Origin: the human T2T-CHM13v2.0 reference genome, Homo sapiens
Direction: 5' to 3' (one strand)
DNA: 64,000 nt
Assembly: GCF_009914755.1 (NCBI RefSeq)
Contig: NC_060929.1
Positions within the stretch are counted from its first letter, which is position 1. The number at the start of each line of letters is the position of its first letter. Positions 42,701 through 57,028 of the stretch are shown one piece after another. Under the pieces are notes generated by a model. The model searched no databases. It worked only from the letters and a program-made list of their open reading frames with translations, and was not told the origin of the DNA. Made by a program: the position numbers and the translations under genes.

Positions 42701-42834
42701 GTAGTGGAAAGTATTTTCTCTAAACCATTATGATGACTATTGTAGTACGTTAAAGAGCAGAACCAAAGACAAGCCTCATACAGGACATTTCAGAAATCAT
42801 CACTGTGATTAAAAAAATGCATGTTATTGTTAAA

Positions 42835-45051
42835 TTGTATTTTACTTTTATGTTAAGTTCCAGGGTACATGTGCAGGATGTGCAGGTTTATTACATAGGT
42901 AAATGTGTGCCATGGTGGTTTGCTGTACCTGTCAAACCATCACCTAGGTATTAAGCCCAACATGCATTAGCTATTTTTTCTAATGCTCTCCCTCCACACC
43001 CCCTCCACAGACCCCAGTGTGTGTTGCTCCCCTTTCTGTGTCCATGTGTTTACATTGTTCAGCTCCCACTTATAGGTGAGAACACGCAGTGTTTGGTTTT
43101 CTGTTCCTGTGTTAGTTTGCTGAGGATAATAGCTTCCAGGTCCATTCATGTCCCTGCAAAGGACATGATCTCATTATATTTTTTATGGCTGCATAATACT
43201 TCATGGTGTATATATACCACATTTTCTTTATCCAATGTATCATTGATGGGTATTTGGGTTGATTCCATGTCTTTGCTATTGTAAATAGTGCTGCAGTGAA
43301 CACAGATGTGCGTGTATCTTTATAATAGAATGATTTATATTCCCTTGGGTATATACTCAGTAATAAGATTGCTGGGTCAAATGGTATTCCAGTTCTAAAT
43401 CTTTAAGGAATCTCCACAATGTCTTCCACAGTCATTTTTACACTAACAATGTAAAAGAATTCCTCTTTCTCTGCAACCTCACCAGCATCTGTTGTTTCTT
43501 GACTTTTTAATAATTGCTATTCTGACAGGTGCAAGATGGTATCTCACTGTGATTTTGATTTGCATTCCTCTAATGATCAGTGATGTTGAGCTTTTTTTCA
43601 TATGTTTTTTGGCTGCATTAATGTCTTCTCTTTAGAAGTGTTTGTTGGTGTTCTTTGCCCACTTTTTAATGGGGTGGTTTTTTCCTTATAAATTTGTTTA
43701 AGTTCCTGTGTATTCTGGATATTAGACTTTGTCAGATGAATAGATGGCAAAATTTTTCTCTCACTCTGTAGGTTGTCTGTTAACTCTGATGATAGTTTCT
43801 TTTGCTGTGCAGAAGCTCTTTAGTTTAATTAGATCCCATTTGTCAAGTTTTGCTTTTATTGCAATTGCTTTTGGTGATTTCGTCATGAAATCTTTGCCTT
43901 TGCCTATTTCCTGAATGGTATTACCTAGATTTTCTTCTAGGGTTTTTACAGTTTTGGCTTTTACATTTAAGTCTTTAATCCATCTCGAGTTAATTTTTGT
44001 ATAAGGTGTAGTAAGGAAAAGGTCCAGTTTCAGTATTCCCCATATAGCTAGCCAGTTCTCCCAGCACCATTTATTAAACAGGGAATCCTTTCCCCATTGC
44101 TTGTTTTTGTCATGTTTGTCAAAGATCAGATAGTTTTAGATGTGCAGTCTTATTTCTGAGTTCTCTATTCTGTTCCATTGTTCCACGTGTCTGTTTTTGT
44201 ACCAGTACCAAGCTGTTTTGGTTACTGTAGCTTTGTAGTATGGTTTGTAGCATAATTCCTCCAGCTTTATTCTTTTTGCTTATGATTGTCTTGGCTATAG
44301 GAGCTCTTTTTCAGTTCCATATGAATTTTGAAATAATTTTTTTCTAATTCTGTGAAGAATGTCAACGGTAGCTTAATAGGAATAGCATTGAATCTATAAA
44401 TTACTTTGGGCAGTATGGCTATTTTCAATATATTGATTTTTCCTACCCATGAGCTTGGAATGTTTTTTCATTTGTTTGTGTCATGTCTGATTTCCTTAGC
44501 CAGTTGTTTATAGTTCTTCTTGAAGAGGTCCTTCATTTCCCTTGTTAGCTGTATTCCTAGGTATTTCCCTGTCTTCATAGCAATTGTGAATGGGAGTTTG
44601 TTCATGATTTGGCTCTCTGCTTGTCTGCTGTCGGTGTGTAGGAGTGCTTGTGGTTTTCGCACACTGATTTTTGTATCCTGAGACTTTGCTGAAGTTGCTT
44701 ATCAGCTTAAGAAGCTTTTGGGCTGAGATGATGAGGTTTCGTAGATATATATAGGATCATGTAATCTCAAACAAAGACAATTTGACTTCCTCTCTTTCCA
44801 TTTGGATGTCCTTTATTTCTTTCTTTTGCCTGATTGCTCTGGCCAGAACCTCCAATACTATGTTGAATTGGAGTGGTGAGAGAGGGCATCCTTGTCTTGT
44901 GCCATTTCATGGGCACAAGCTTTTGCCCATTCAGTCTGATATTGGCTGTAGGTTTGTCATAAATGGCTCTTATTATTTTGAGGTGTGTTCCTTCAGTACC
45001 TACTTTATCGAGAGTTTTTCACATAAAGGGATGTTGAATTTTATCGAAGGC
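42835..45051 (-). mobile_element. L1PA (PA8-10-like), 5'-truncated: 3' UTR and 3' half of ORF2
   Basis: Antisense 3' end 'aagttccagggtacatgtgcaggatgtgcaggtttattacatagg'. ORF2p remnants MFTAALFTIAKTWNQPKYPS..WIKKMWYIYTMKYYAAIK (43112-43303) and [15 protein letters not shown]...[20 protein letters not shown] (44468-44662). Confidence 0.96.
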
Positions 45052-45219
45052 GGTTACTATTTCTTCTGGAACTATTCCAAACAATTGAAAAGGAGGGACT
45101 CCTCCCTAATTCATTTTAGAGGTCAGCATCATTCTGATACCAAAACCTGGCAGAGATACAACAAAAAAGAAAACTTCAGGCTAATATTCCTGATGAACAA
45201 CAATGCAAAAATCCTCAAT
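45052..45219 (+). mobile_element. Inverted L1 ORF2 segment (5' inversion of the adjacent L1)
   Basis: Sense L1 RT-start sequence. Translation includes KKENFRLIFLMNNNAKILN (consensus KKENFRPISLMNIDAKILN). Confidence 0.92.
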
Positions 45220-45321
45220 CCCTTCTAGAAACACTCACAGACACAACCAGAAATAATGTCTTACCAGCTATCTGAGCTTCCCTTAGCCCAGCCAAGTTGA
45301 TACATAAAATTAACCATCATA
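45217..45321 (-). mobile_element. MLT2D-like LTR, 5' ~105 bp only
   Basis: 'cttctagaaacactcacagacacaaccagaaataatgtcttaccagctatctgagcttcccttagcccagccaagttgatacataaaattaaccatcata'. Confidence 0.8.
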
Positions 45322-46939
45322 AATGAGTATTCCAGTATTCCTGATTTTGTTAACAAGGTTAGCAGAAAGTTAACTTCCTGCAAAAAATACATCACTCCTT
45401 TTTGGAATCCCATCACCACATCATTTCTATTTGATAATGTGACAATCCATTTTTCTCAATTTTAGTGCATTGAGAGGTGCACATTTATTAATTAACTTAT
45501 CCATTTATTTAGTCTCTCAGTCATTCATGCATGTTTTAGAAATTAGATTTACAATTACATATGTTTTAATGAGGTGTTTTTTATCTTCTTGGCATAAATG
45601 GAGACAGGCAAGATTCTCATAAAACACAGCTAGGACCACTGAATTAAGATATTTCTTGAACAAGTGGAGTGATCAGATACTTTCGCATTTATAACATTTA
45701 AGTTAAAAGTTTAAAATCAGAGGAATGTGTTTTGTTAAAATAGGTTTAAAAAATATAAAATAAAGTTAGTGAGAAGCAAGCATGCAATGACATGCCTTGA
45801 AAGAATGTTATTTTATCTTTGCTGACTTAGAAGAGATATTTTGTAATCTTCTCTTTCTAACTTCCATTGGATTTTCTTTTGATTTCAGTGTATGTGTAAT
45901 GATTCCTCACAGCAGTAGTCATCAGTTTTCATATATCATCATTACCATCATCATCAACATCATCACAAACATTTATTTTGCATCCAGTCTGTTCCTGAAA
46001 ACACACAGGGAACTTGAGAAGGGAATTTAGGCCAAGAAGAAGAGTAATCCTCACAAATCAACTTTATTGGAGACATTGCTTAGAAACTTGTTTGCTGACG
46101 AAAAGAAAAGAACACATTTAATTTTAACTAACATATAATGAAATAGTCAAGGATTTGATCCTCTTGGCAGTAACAAAACTGAAAATTAATTTTAACAAAT
46201 GGTGTCAGAATTTTTAAAACTATGCTCCAATTCTATCAACACAAATCCAACTGTAGCAGCTTCTCAGATCATTAGAGCATCTATATTTATGTCTTTTGAG
46301 TGGTTAAGAACTGTATGTCAAGGTCAATTCTCTTTCTACTTACCTTCAAACAAAATTTTAAAAATCCTTCTGTGTCGTTAAGACTTTGATACTATTGATA
46401 CAAAGTTTTTCTTACAACCATCTGTTCTTTATTAACAAGAGTGTTAAAAGCATCATAACTAGAATTTGGCTGGATATTTACATAATTGTTTTCATAGTTT
46501 AAAGTTATATACAAAAACTAAAATGTACCAACAGAATGATCTAAAATGGCTTTCAATATTTGAAATCATATTATATACAGAAAAATATCAAATAAACATA
46601 AAAGAAAATTTTTAAATAACTTGACAAATTTATTTTCCAAGGAGAGACTGTAGATGACTGCCTCAAGGTCATGATATACTATTTTAAGTAGTGAATTCTA
46701 ATGACCCTGTTTTTGACACATGCCAAGTGTTGTAATAAGTGAAGTCAGCCTTTAAATAACACACTTTTCCCCCTAAATGGGAGCTGTGTATTATAAAGGT
46801 CATTAGGGTTGATGCTCAACGTCCAAGTTTTATGACCTTGTTCTGCCTTTGTAATATGAGACCAGCGACTTCAGCGTATTGTCATCTTGGCTTCATTGCC
46901 TGCTAAACTAAAATATATTTGCCTCCTGAGAGAATATAC

Positions 46940-47200
46940 ATCTATATTATAATATATTAATAATAATGTGGTAATAATATACGATGTAATATTTATATAT
47001 TTAGAGTATTATTTAATTAATATTTTTAAAGGTTTTAATATTTTAATATATATTTAATGAATTATTTAATATATATTTATATATTTAACGAATTTTTTAA
47101 AGGTTTTAATTAATATCTATTTATATATTTAGAGAATTGTTTAATGAATATTTTTTAAAGATTTTAATCTATGTATTTTGATAGCAATAAAAATATTTAA
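46940..47200. repeat. AT-rich low-complexity tract with internal ~47-bp direct repeats
   Basis: 'tttatatatttagag.att.tttaat.aatattttt(t)aaag.ttttaat' recurs at ~46992 and ~47120, with a partial copy between. Confidence 0.8.
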
Positions 47201-50200
47201 TGTTTTTCTACTGATCATTGACCATGCCATATATTTTATCTGGCATTAATTTAAATAAAACGTATCCTTTCTTAACAGTTTTTAACTTCTTTTTAAATGT
47301 CTCCAAATAGTTTTTTAAAATTTCTTTATAAACTTTTATTTAAACTTTGCTGCTCTCCGTTTTTCCCAACAGAATTTTTCTAACCCTGCTTGCTCTCATA
47401 AATGTGATTTATATGTCTTATTCATTTTCTAAACTTTTTGGCGTGTTCTATATATCCATTGCTCATTTTCAGCACCTTCTGGCATATAAAACCCTTTTTT
47501 AAAAAAAATACTTAAAGCTATATTCCTTTAGACTAAACTTGTAGAATTGGAAGAAATCATGAGTACAAAAGAGTGGCACCATGCTTTGGCAATAATTTAT
47601 ATAACATGATATGTCAACATAGTCTCCTTGTTAAACTAGTTGTACTGTTACATTTAACTAAGATATACTTGATTGTCTAATTTCAAAGCTAATATTTTAA
47701 TTCTATATGGAAACTCAGGAAGATTCATTTTTGTTCTCTTATGCAAACAGAAATACTTTCTCCTTTTATATTTATTACTGAAGGAAGAATTTGGTTGTTC
47801 AGTAGATGTCACTATAAGGCTGTTGTACTATCATTTTATTTTTTTTATTTCTGCTAACAAAGCTAAAACATATTTTAATCTCTTTAATGTTAAAAATGTG
47901 AAACATATTTTAATGCTCAACTTTAATTAAAGATATAGAATATATCTTTAATATATATATTAAAGATATAGAAAATATTGTTAATAGTTATGTGTGTATA
48001 TATATATTTAATATATATATCTATACATCCATGTTTTATTTTAAATTATGTCAAGCATCACTATATATTTTGGGTTATATTTTAACAAATATTAGGAAGC
48101 ATCTTAACACTGCTTTCAGTGCTGTATTAATCTGGGTAGGCTAACTGCTCTAATATCTTGATCACACAACACAATATATATTAAACTTTCCAACTTGCTT
48201 GCACCAAGCTCAACGCAGATATTTCTTGTCTGCTCTCTCTTCCAGTAGTTACGTCCTAGAATTCAAGGCTCCTTTTATCCTAACACAGCCACTCTAAACA
48301 CCTGGCTCTCAAAGTCTCCAGTAGTAAGGAAGAAGGAATGGAGGAAAAGTGGGCCAGGTTTTGAACCACCTTGACCATCTTACTCTCTATGCTCCCTGGA
48401 AATTCCACGTCCAGAATATTGAATGTCTCCAAGTGAGGCAAGAAGGCTAGGAAACGTGGTAAAAATTATATTTTTACTCTTTATGATTTATATTAAGTTA
48501 TGAAACCCTATAAATAAAAACAATACTCAGTCTTCCTTCCATAAGTAAAGAAATATCCATTGAGCTATTAAAATTGTGTGCAAAATCAGAGATTTTAATT
48601 TTTAAAAATATTTTTGAAAGACACTTCTGGAGGCAGAAATCACAATTTTAATAAACTTTTTCTATAGCTTTTATTATCATCTATAAAATTTTGAGATTTA
48701 ACTGACAATAGCTAAAAGGAATAATAGAAAATAATCAGAATTATCAACATATAATGTTCCTCCAAATTTAATGTCACTACATTACTATAAATGGTTCCTA
48801 TCTGTACATTTCTTCTCTAAAACACATGCTGAATTTGCAGTGAAGTAAATTCCTCTGGTGAACTGAAAAATAAGTTTTTGGTTGGGAATAGAATAATATG
48901 GTAGCAATTATGCAGTCTATTATAATAATTATGCTAATCTCGCTGAGTGCACAATTTTGCCAGCAATTACTCCTAATGCAATACTTTCATAAGTCATTCA
49001 ACTTTCTCTTGATCATAGAGAGGACAATTTTACTTCGCTTTTACCTATCATGGAATCTTATACTCCTTTATCTTTGTATTAGATTATTAGAATATATACC
49101 AGAATTTGGCTGTAATATTATATTTTATCAAAAAGTGGTTAAATTTCGAATATTTGTTAAAATGAACCCAAAATATATAGTGATGCTTGACATAATTTAA
49201 AATAAAATATTAAGTTGATAGGTATGCTACTTTAAAAATTGTGTAATTTTGAAATTCTATTGTATGTCACTTCATGGAAATTATTTTTGCTCCAAATATA
49301 TTTTGAAATATGCAGTCTTACACATGCATTATCTACTTGAAATGAATTTCACCCTGCATGTATTTATTTGTGTGCATGTGTATAAATAACTAATCAAAGT
49401 TAGTTTCCCAGATAATGAAGCAACAGCATCCATTATTGTTTTGTTTTTATCTCCCATTGTCTAAGTGTCAAAGAAAGGTCAAAGAAAGTCAGGGATCGAG
49501 TTAGGACATAATGCATTCTAGTACTGTAAGAGAAGTCGGTAAAAAGCTCTTATGTTTTTCCCCTAGTTCAGAAACATTAAACAATTTATAAATGATTATC
49601 TTTCTGACAAGAAGTGAAATGAAGTGTTTCTCTAGCTTTTAGCTGATTTTCACTTACGTGTATATTATTATATTGCTGATGTTGAAGAGAAAATATTTTC
49701 TGTATCTTCTCTAACCTGGATACTCTCCAAAAACGGCAGGCAAACATTTTACAAGTTTATTTCAGGAGGCAAAATACAAATGAAAGAGAAAATAAATGGG
49801 CATGCATAAGAATTTCTCTCTTGTGGGAGACTCCTCTGTCTCCCTGAAACTGCTCTGTCCCGGTCCTGGCAATGGGGCAGTGGTCACCAAGCTTCACTTA
49901 GGTCTTCTTGCTGTGCAGCTGTTAACACAGTGCTAACTTGTGCTTTAACTTCAAAAGAGACAGACCTTCCCTCTGAGCATGAGAAATAGATACTTCCTCA
50001 TCTGGAGCAGAATAGCCAGAGTGCAGAAAATCAACTCTTTCTACTTCATTCACAAAATCTGAGTACAAGCACTGTATAAGGGATAGTTTGGGAGCATCCC
50101 TTTTCATAGTGTCCGTACCGATACAGATTTGTGTAGATATATAGTACAGATACATATCTGAGGGTAAAAGGAATTGTTTAAAAATCGACACACATCTTTA

Positions 50201-50761
50201 TACATTTTCAGATTCATTACCACATAATGTTAAAATAGGCAACATAATTATGCCTACTTAACTGATAAGAAAACTAAATATCAGATACCTAAGATTATAG
50301 AATTTATAAATGGCAAAAGTGGGCTTTGGGGGGACTCATGTAAACGACTTCTCCTATACACACTGTATTGTACACTGATCTATCCTACGACCCTATGATA
50401 TATACTGATTATATCCTATGATCTTTATAAACACTGTATTGTACTTTCTGGCTGAATGGGACATTTCATTAATGCCACTTTCTAAGTCCTGAGCAGATTT
50501 GAAATCCCTGGGGAGGGTCCACATGTACTTAGGAGAAATGTTATGTTTCTGGAGTCATGCCCATTAGTGATTGCAGTCACTTATGGAAGCATAATGGTAG
50601 TACTTGATGGTGGCACTGATTCTTTTTTTCTCTAAAACAAACATCCAAAGAAACCTTTTAAAAGTTGTAGGATTCCTGTCACTTCTGAAATTACCAGGGG
50701 CTATATACATCCATAAAGTACCACAATATTACAACAGTGATGCTGCAGAAATTGTTTCAGA

Positions 50762-50968
50762 TTTTTATTTTTATTTTTTGAGACAGGGTCTTGCTCTGTC
50801 ACACAGGCTGGAGTGCAGAGTGTCGTGGCATGATCACAGCTCTACCTTCCTCGAAGTGACCCTCCCACCTCAGCCTCCTGAGTAGCTGGGACCACAGGGA
50901 TGCACCACCACACCCAACTCATTTTTGTATTTTTTGTAGAGTCAGAGTTTCACCATGTTGTCCAGGCT
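50762..50968 (-). mobile_element. AluJ, 5'-truncated and degraded
   Basis: 'ttttgagacagggtcttgctctgtcacacaggctggagtgcag...cctcccacctcagcctcctgagtagctgggaccacagg...tttttgtagag...ccatgttgtccaggct'. Confidence 0.88.
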
Positions 50969-51325
50969 TCATGTTCTTGAAGCTAACAAAAACATTTGAA
51001 TTTGTACGTCTAAATCACTTTTATATTTGAAATAACCACTTCCAAAGTTTGAGTTTTAATTTTTTAAGAATCAGTGTAATAAATTCAACTTGCTCATTAA
51101 ATATATTCCTGTATGTATATTTATTAAATTGAATAAATACATATTTTCAGTAATTTTACTAGTATTTTAGAGACCAAGAGAGAATATCCACCATAATCAG
51201 TGATTCTTTTGTTTTCCGAGGTGTGTTTTCTTTCATTTTACTTTGTATATTCTTATGTTTCCAGTTGTGTTTCAATAAAGCAGAAATTTATGTTATGTGC
51301 ACTCTCCAACAGAAATTAATGTATA

Positions 51326-51762
<437 letters not shown>

Positions 51763-52334
51763 TCATCCACTTTGAACCATAGGGCAGAAAACAGAAAGAG
51801 GAAGTTTATGTAGCATTTTCTTGCTTCTTGTTCTCAAGGAGTATGAGTTTATATACCACGTATTTATTTTCTTGTCCAGATAAATTGTAGCACCAGAGAA
51901 TTTATTGTGTCAGTAGTGTTAAAAGGATATAGGGTCAAGTTACCTGATTTTGGTGTGTATCTCTGGAAGTGCACTCAGGCCACCACAGATGTCAGAGGTG
52001 GAGAGTCATTAGCGCAAGCTCTGCAAGGAGGCAGGGACTCCAGCAGAAGACACGAGCCTGCGAACAAAGGCTTTTTAGCAAGCTGAATCTGTTGTCTCCA
52101 GGTGTGTTCAGATTAACTGAAGCCCCATAAAGAGTGCATCCTCTTTTATTTCTGTTTTTATAGTATTCAAAGACATTAGCTACTGAAGTAACATCCTGGC
52201 TGCGTTATAAATTACTGAAAAAATATGTTCTTTACAGTATTAGAACTTACATAATTAGCATCTGCTTGCAAGAAAAGTCTATCAATTTAGTCAACAATGG
52301 CTATTTAACTTCTTTTTAAAATTTTTATAGTTAG

Positions 52335-52633
<299 letters not shown>

Positions 52634-53270
52634 TCATTCTTATTAACATTTAAGAAACTGGTTTGTCTATTTATCTAATAGGGTTACAAAATATTTCATA
52701 AGATACTGGGAAAATGTCATACGTCCAAATACATTATATTACATATATGTACAATTTTATTAAAGTTTATATCTACATAGATATAAACATAGAAAATGCT
52801 ATCAAATTTTATCCATAGCCATAATATATTAGAATTAATTGTCATACAATGAATTATTAAAGATGCAGAAATACTTATGCTTATTATAAAATTAATTCAA
52901 GCTAAAGCTAAATTATAATTTCACAGGCAATTATTTCAAGATTTGAATCATTTGTAAAATTGGTATATATTTCAGGGACTAATTTAGTTCTTATGAAATA
53001 GTATGTTTTAATAAATATTTGTTGGAGAAGTGGATAGGAAGACTTGGGCATTATACTTTGCATGTTAAGCCTAAAATATTTTCATATATTCCTCATAAAA
53101 TTTAATTACAGTCACTTCATTCTTTTCTACAGGAAAAGTATTTGCTATTCATCAAACTGCTTGAGTGTCTACCACTGGCTTTACTAGTGTTTACACCTTA
53201 TACTGAATTAGTATACGTTGTGTATTGAGACTGTGATAAAGAATATTAAATTTCCTCTTTTTATTGAATT

Positions 53271-53498
53271 TTTTAATTGATTTTTTTTTTTTGTTAGAGA
53301 TAGAGGCTCACTATGTTGCCCAGGCTGGAGTAGAGTAGTGCTATGAGAGCTCATTGCAGTCTCGAATTCCTGGGCTCAAGCAATCCTTCAACCTCAGCCT
53401 CCTGAATAGCGGGGACTGCAGTCATGTACCACCACCATGCCAGTCTAATTTTTTTGTTTTTGAGACAGGGTCTTGCTATCTTGCCCAGCCTGTTCTAG
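53271..53498 (-). mobile_element. AluJ-like, 5'-truncated
   Basis: 'cactatgttgcccaggctggag...gcagtctcgaattcctgggctcaagcaatcc...gagacagggtcttgctatcttgcccag'. TSD cctcttt(tt)attgaatt at 53254-53270 and 53499-53513. Confidence 0.88.
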
Positions 53499-55934
53499 CC
53501 TCTTTATTGAATTCTTGGATTTAAAGTGCTCATGTTTAACTGGGAAAGTATCTCTTAACTTCCAAATGTAATGTTTCTATGTAGATGCTTAGGAATTGCC
53601 GGAAGGATGAGATATTCATTGTTGCTGGTAAGATCTTGTACTAAAGTGATGCTTATAAACCTCAAAGACAGAGTGTCCACTGATTGCAAATTGGGTCCAT
53701 GTGCCTGCTGGCATGGCACAACACAGAAAATGCTATCAGATTTGGAAAGGGTCACATTGGAAAAGTTATGGTTGACTCTGGCAGCAGGAGAAAATGCTTT
53801 GAAGCTTTTCTAAAGCCGTGTGTGTTAAGCATTTACGGGCAGATTGTTTTTATAGACTGGGATTCTTATCTGTGGTGCAATTTAAATAGGAATAAGTATG
53901 CTTATCTGCAGAGTTCCTCTGAAAAAATTTAAAAGTTAGCAGCCTGTGACTCAAAGAGCTGACATAGAACGAAGAGGTGTGTAAGAAATTACATCGCCGT
54001 GTTGAGTTCAACAAGAGAAACATACTTTGACTTCTTCCTGTACTAGCATAATTATTTCCAAACTATTTTTTTCTGACACAGCCATTTATCTACCTGAGCA
54101 CCAGATTGCTCAAATAATTATAATTCATAATGTGGCCCCAGGGTCTTTTAATATTTTAATTGACTACCCTAGAAATGATATGTACATCAAAGGGTAGCCT
54201 TACAGGGGATAATAATGCATCAGAACATAGAGAGCATAGAGATTGCATTTTAAAAGATTGCTTTTTTCCTCCTCAGTGCTTTCTCATTTTGACATCTGAA
54301 ATTGCTTTTCTCAAATCTGTCTACAAGTTTAGATACAACATAGTTAAGTGACTTTCTCAGCATTTGAAGGAATCATGAAGTTTAGCTTGCCATGAGTTGT
54401 AACTTTAAAGAAGAGAAATAAAACCAAGAGTTCCACATTCCAGTTTTGCTCGAGAAATTTTAATGATGTTTAATCTCAAAAGGTCCCATTTAAGTGGAAA
54501 TAGAGTAAAATGGATTCTCTCTTTGCTTTTATTCTGTGAACATATGAAATCATAAAGAAAATTGGAAGTTTGGAGAGTAGCAGGAATAGGGCTTCACACT
54601 GCTTTCTTTAGCTTCTAATATATTTTTTTCCAGGAAAAGCACTTGGCACAGCTGAATAATCACCTTACTCCTACTTGTCATGACCTTTCTGAGGAGTAAA
54701 GTGTGATGCTCTTCTAGAAATGCACATTCCCTAACAATAGTTAATTCTGAAATTAATTTTGTTCTCAGAATGACTGACTTTAACAGAATCACAAGATTTA
54801 AAAATCTTAACCTGTCAGCCACAGTGTTCATAAAATTATTGAAAGAAATCCAGGTGTCTGAACTGAGTTCAACAAATACAAAAGGATCATATGATTGTCA
54901 TCCTACACTTTTCCTTTGCAATATCCTTACACAAGAAGACAGGCAAAGACTTGTGAACTCTAAGGAAGTGGCTATTTTATTTGCATTTGATAGGACTTAT
55001 TCTTCCTTGAAAGTAGTACTTGAATTTCACCAGGTATCCTTAATTCTTATTTATTAATTTTGATGAAGACAGAATTTTTAGAAGAACTAAAACTTAAGAT
55101 CTATGTAACAGAAACTCTCTCCCCAAACACACATACTCATTCCTCTGAATTCATTAAACTTGGTATCCTCTGTTATACAAATTACAAGCAGAATCAGGAC
55201 TTGAGATGAACCCTGGCAAAAAAGACATAATTTTATAGTCTGGATAGAGCCTTTATTGTTTAGTACAAGTTTTGGTCCTTAAAATTTAACTTACTATAGT
55301 TATGATTTCATAAAATTCTACTTTTCTCTAGCCCATGGTTACTCATTTTATTTATATGTTTTCTTATTAATATTTAGGTTAGAAATTTAAAATTAGAATA
55401 GTAATATTAGAAACAAACATCTACATTTTGGTTCTCATTGAGGGTGAAGAATCAGGTTTTGTTTTTGTTTTTTTTATTCTGCTCCCCAGCATCTTGTTAT
55501 GTAAACATTTGAAATAATCTAGTTGGAAATAATATTATATTTTTTTAAATAACACATGTAACTCCATTTTCAAGTCACTGATTCTTCACTTCAAAGCATC
55601 AGCTTTGAGGCTTACAAAGGATTATAGCCTTTGAGTTGTCTTTGAAGAAACGGCAGTTGAATATACACTATAACAACGCTTCATCAATATCAACACCAAA
55701 GCTTGAAAGTTGAGAAGTTAGAATGTAAAATACTTAATAGCTTGGAATTATGAAGTTGCAGTTTTAACTACTAACTGTGGGCAACTGAGAAGCCATAATC
55801 TGTCCTGCTCATTTTTCTCTCTCCTGGGCTTATTCAAATGTCTATTATGTAGTAGATTTTCAATCAAATGTTACTTGAATGAATGTTGCATAAGAGAGAC
55901 CAGGTGTTCCTTAACAAACCATCACCACATGAGA

Positions 55935-56150
55935 CTTTATATTTTTGACTTGTGTAAAATTGAAGGGGTACAAGTGCAGTTTTGTTACATGGATATAATA
56001 TGTCATACGGTTAAGTCCAGGCCTTTAGTGAAACCATCACCTGAATAATGAGTGTTGTATCCATTATGTAATTTCTCATCTCTCATTTCCATCCCACACT
56101 CCTACCCTTCTTAGTCTCCAATGTCTATCATTCAATATTTTATGTCCAAT
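55935..56150 (-). mobile_element. L1MA (MA1-5-like) 3' end, ~215 bp
   Basis: 'aaggggtacaagtgcagttttgttacatggatata...ccatcacctgaataatg...gtctccaatgtctatcattc'. TSD cacatgaga(c/t)ttta at 55926 and 56151. Confidence 0.85.
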
Positions 56151-57028
56151 CACATGAGATTTTAATTGGTACATTACTGGCATGACATACAGAATTGGGC
56201 CAATTTGCTGCCAAACATGATGACATTCTCAATTTGATAGTGGGCAATGTCACTGGTATCATTTTATACCAAATATTCATCACAGCTATTTTTCACTGTT
56301 TTTAATTAGGGCACAGTTTTTAAAAAACACAAACATAATATAAAATTATTTTAGAATATAGAATACTGACTTTTCTTAAGTTTATTATACCACAGAGAAA
56401 TTAATCAGAAATCATTTTCAATAAATAGAATGTTACATATTTATTAACTTTTACAATATTTTAATACTGAAATTTAATTCAGAAATGTCTGAAATCAAGT
56501 TGCAACTCAGAAACAGTTAAAAATTTGAAAACTTGCAATGTTTCAGCTTGAAACTTTACCATCCCAGAATTTTTTTTTTTTCTGAAATGCTAGTAAAGTA
56601 TAGTGACTTCCTGATTTTTACATATGACCAGATTCAAAGCTTGTTGTTTTAATTTCTTGGGGATGGATTTTTAGTCAAGAAATGTGTGTTGGTATCCAAG
56701 TAATGCACATTGACATAGTTATCGAGTCCATGTGCAAAACGTAGTACAAAGGTAGCATATTCAAACGCCCCCCAATGCCAGGAAAAAAAATAAATAAATG
56801 AGTCAATTCAAGCCAATTTTGAACTAGCGGGCACAGACTTTGCCTAGAGAGAAGACAGTTATTTTTTCCTCCAGATGGAGCTGATTACTGCTATTAGGAA
56901 TGAGGATCCAGCGTCACAAGAATTGCCTAAAATAATTAAAGCTAGAAATCTATGTAAAGTTTCTCAACTTTAAAAAAAAATGAAAATAACCTTTTAATTT
57001 GTAAATTGGCTTAGGACCTAACCAAAAC

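Noticed and set aside
44782-45228. 148-aa ORF ending in an RT-like motif
   Set aside because: It is a chance read-through from antisense L1 across the inversion junction into a short sense ORF2 fragment, not a gene.
53555-55057. Cluster of 63-95 aa ORFs in non-repeat DNA
   Set aside because: No recognisable motifs and no paired splice sites were found, and such lengths occur by chance in six frames when alternative start codons are allowed.
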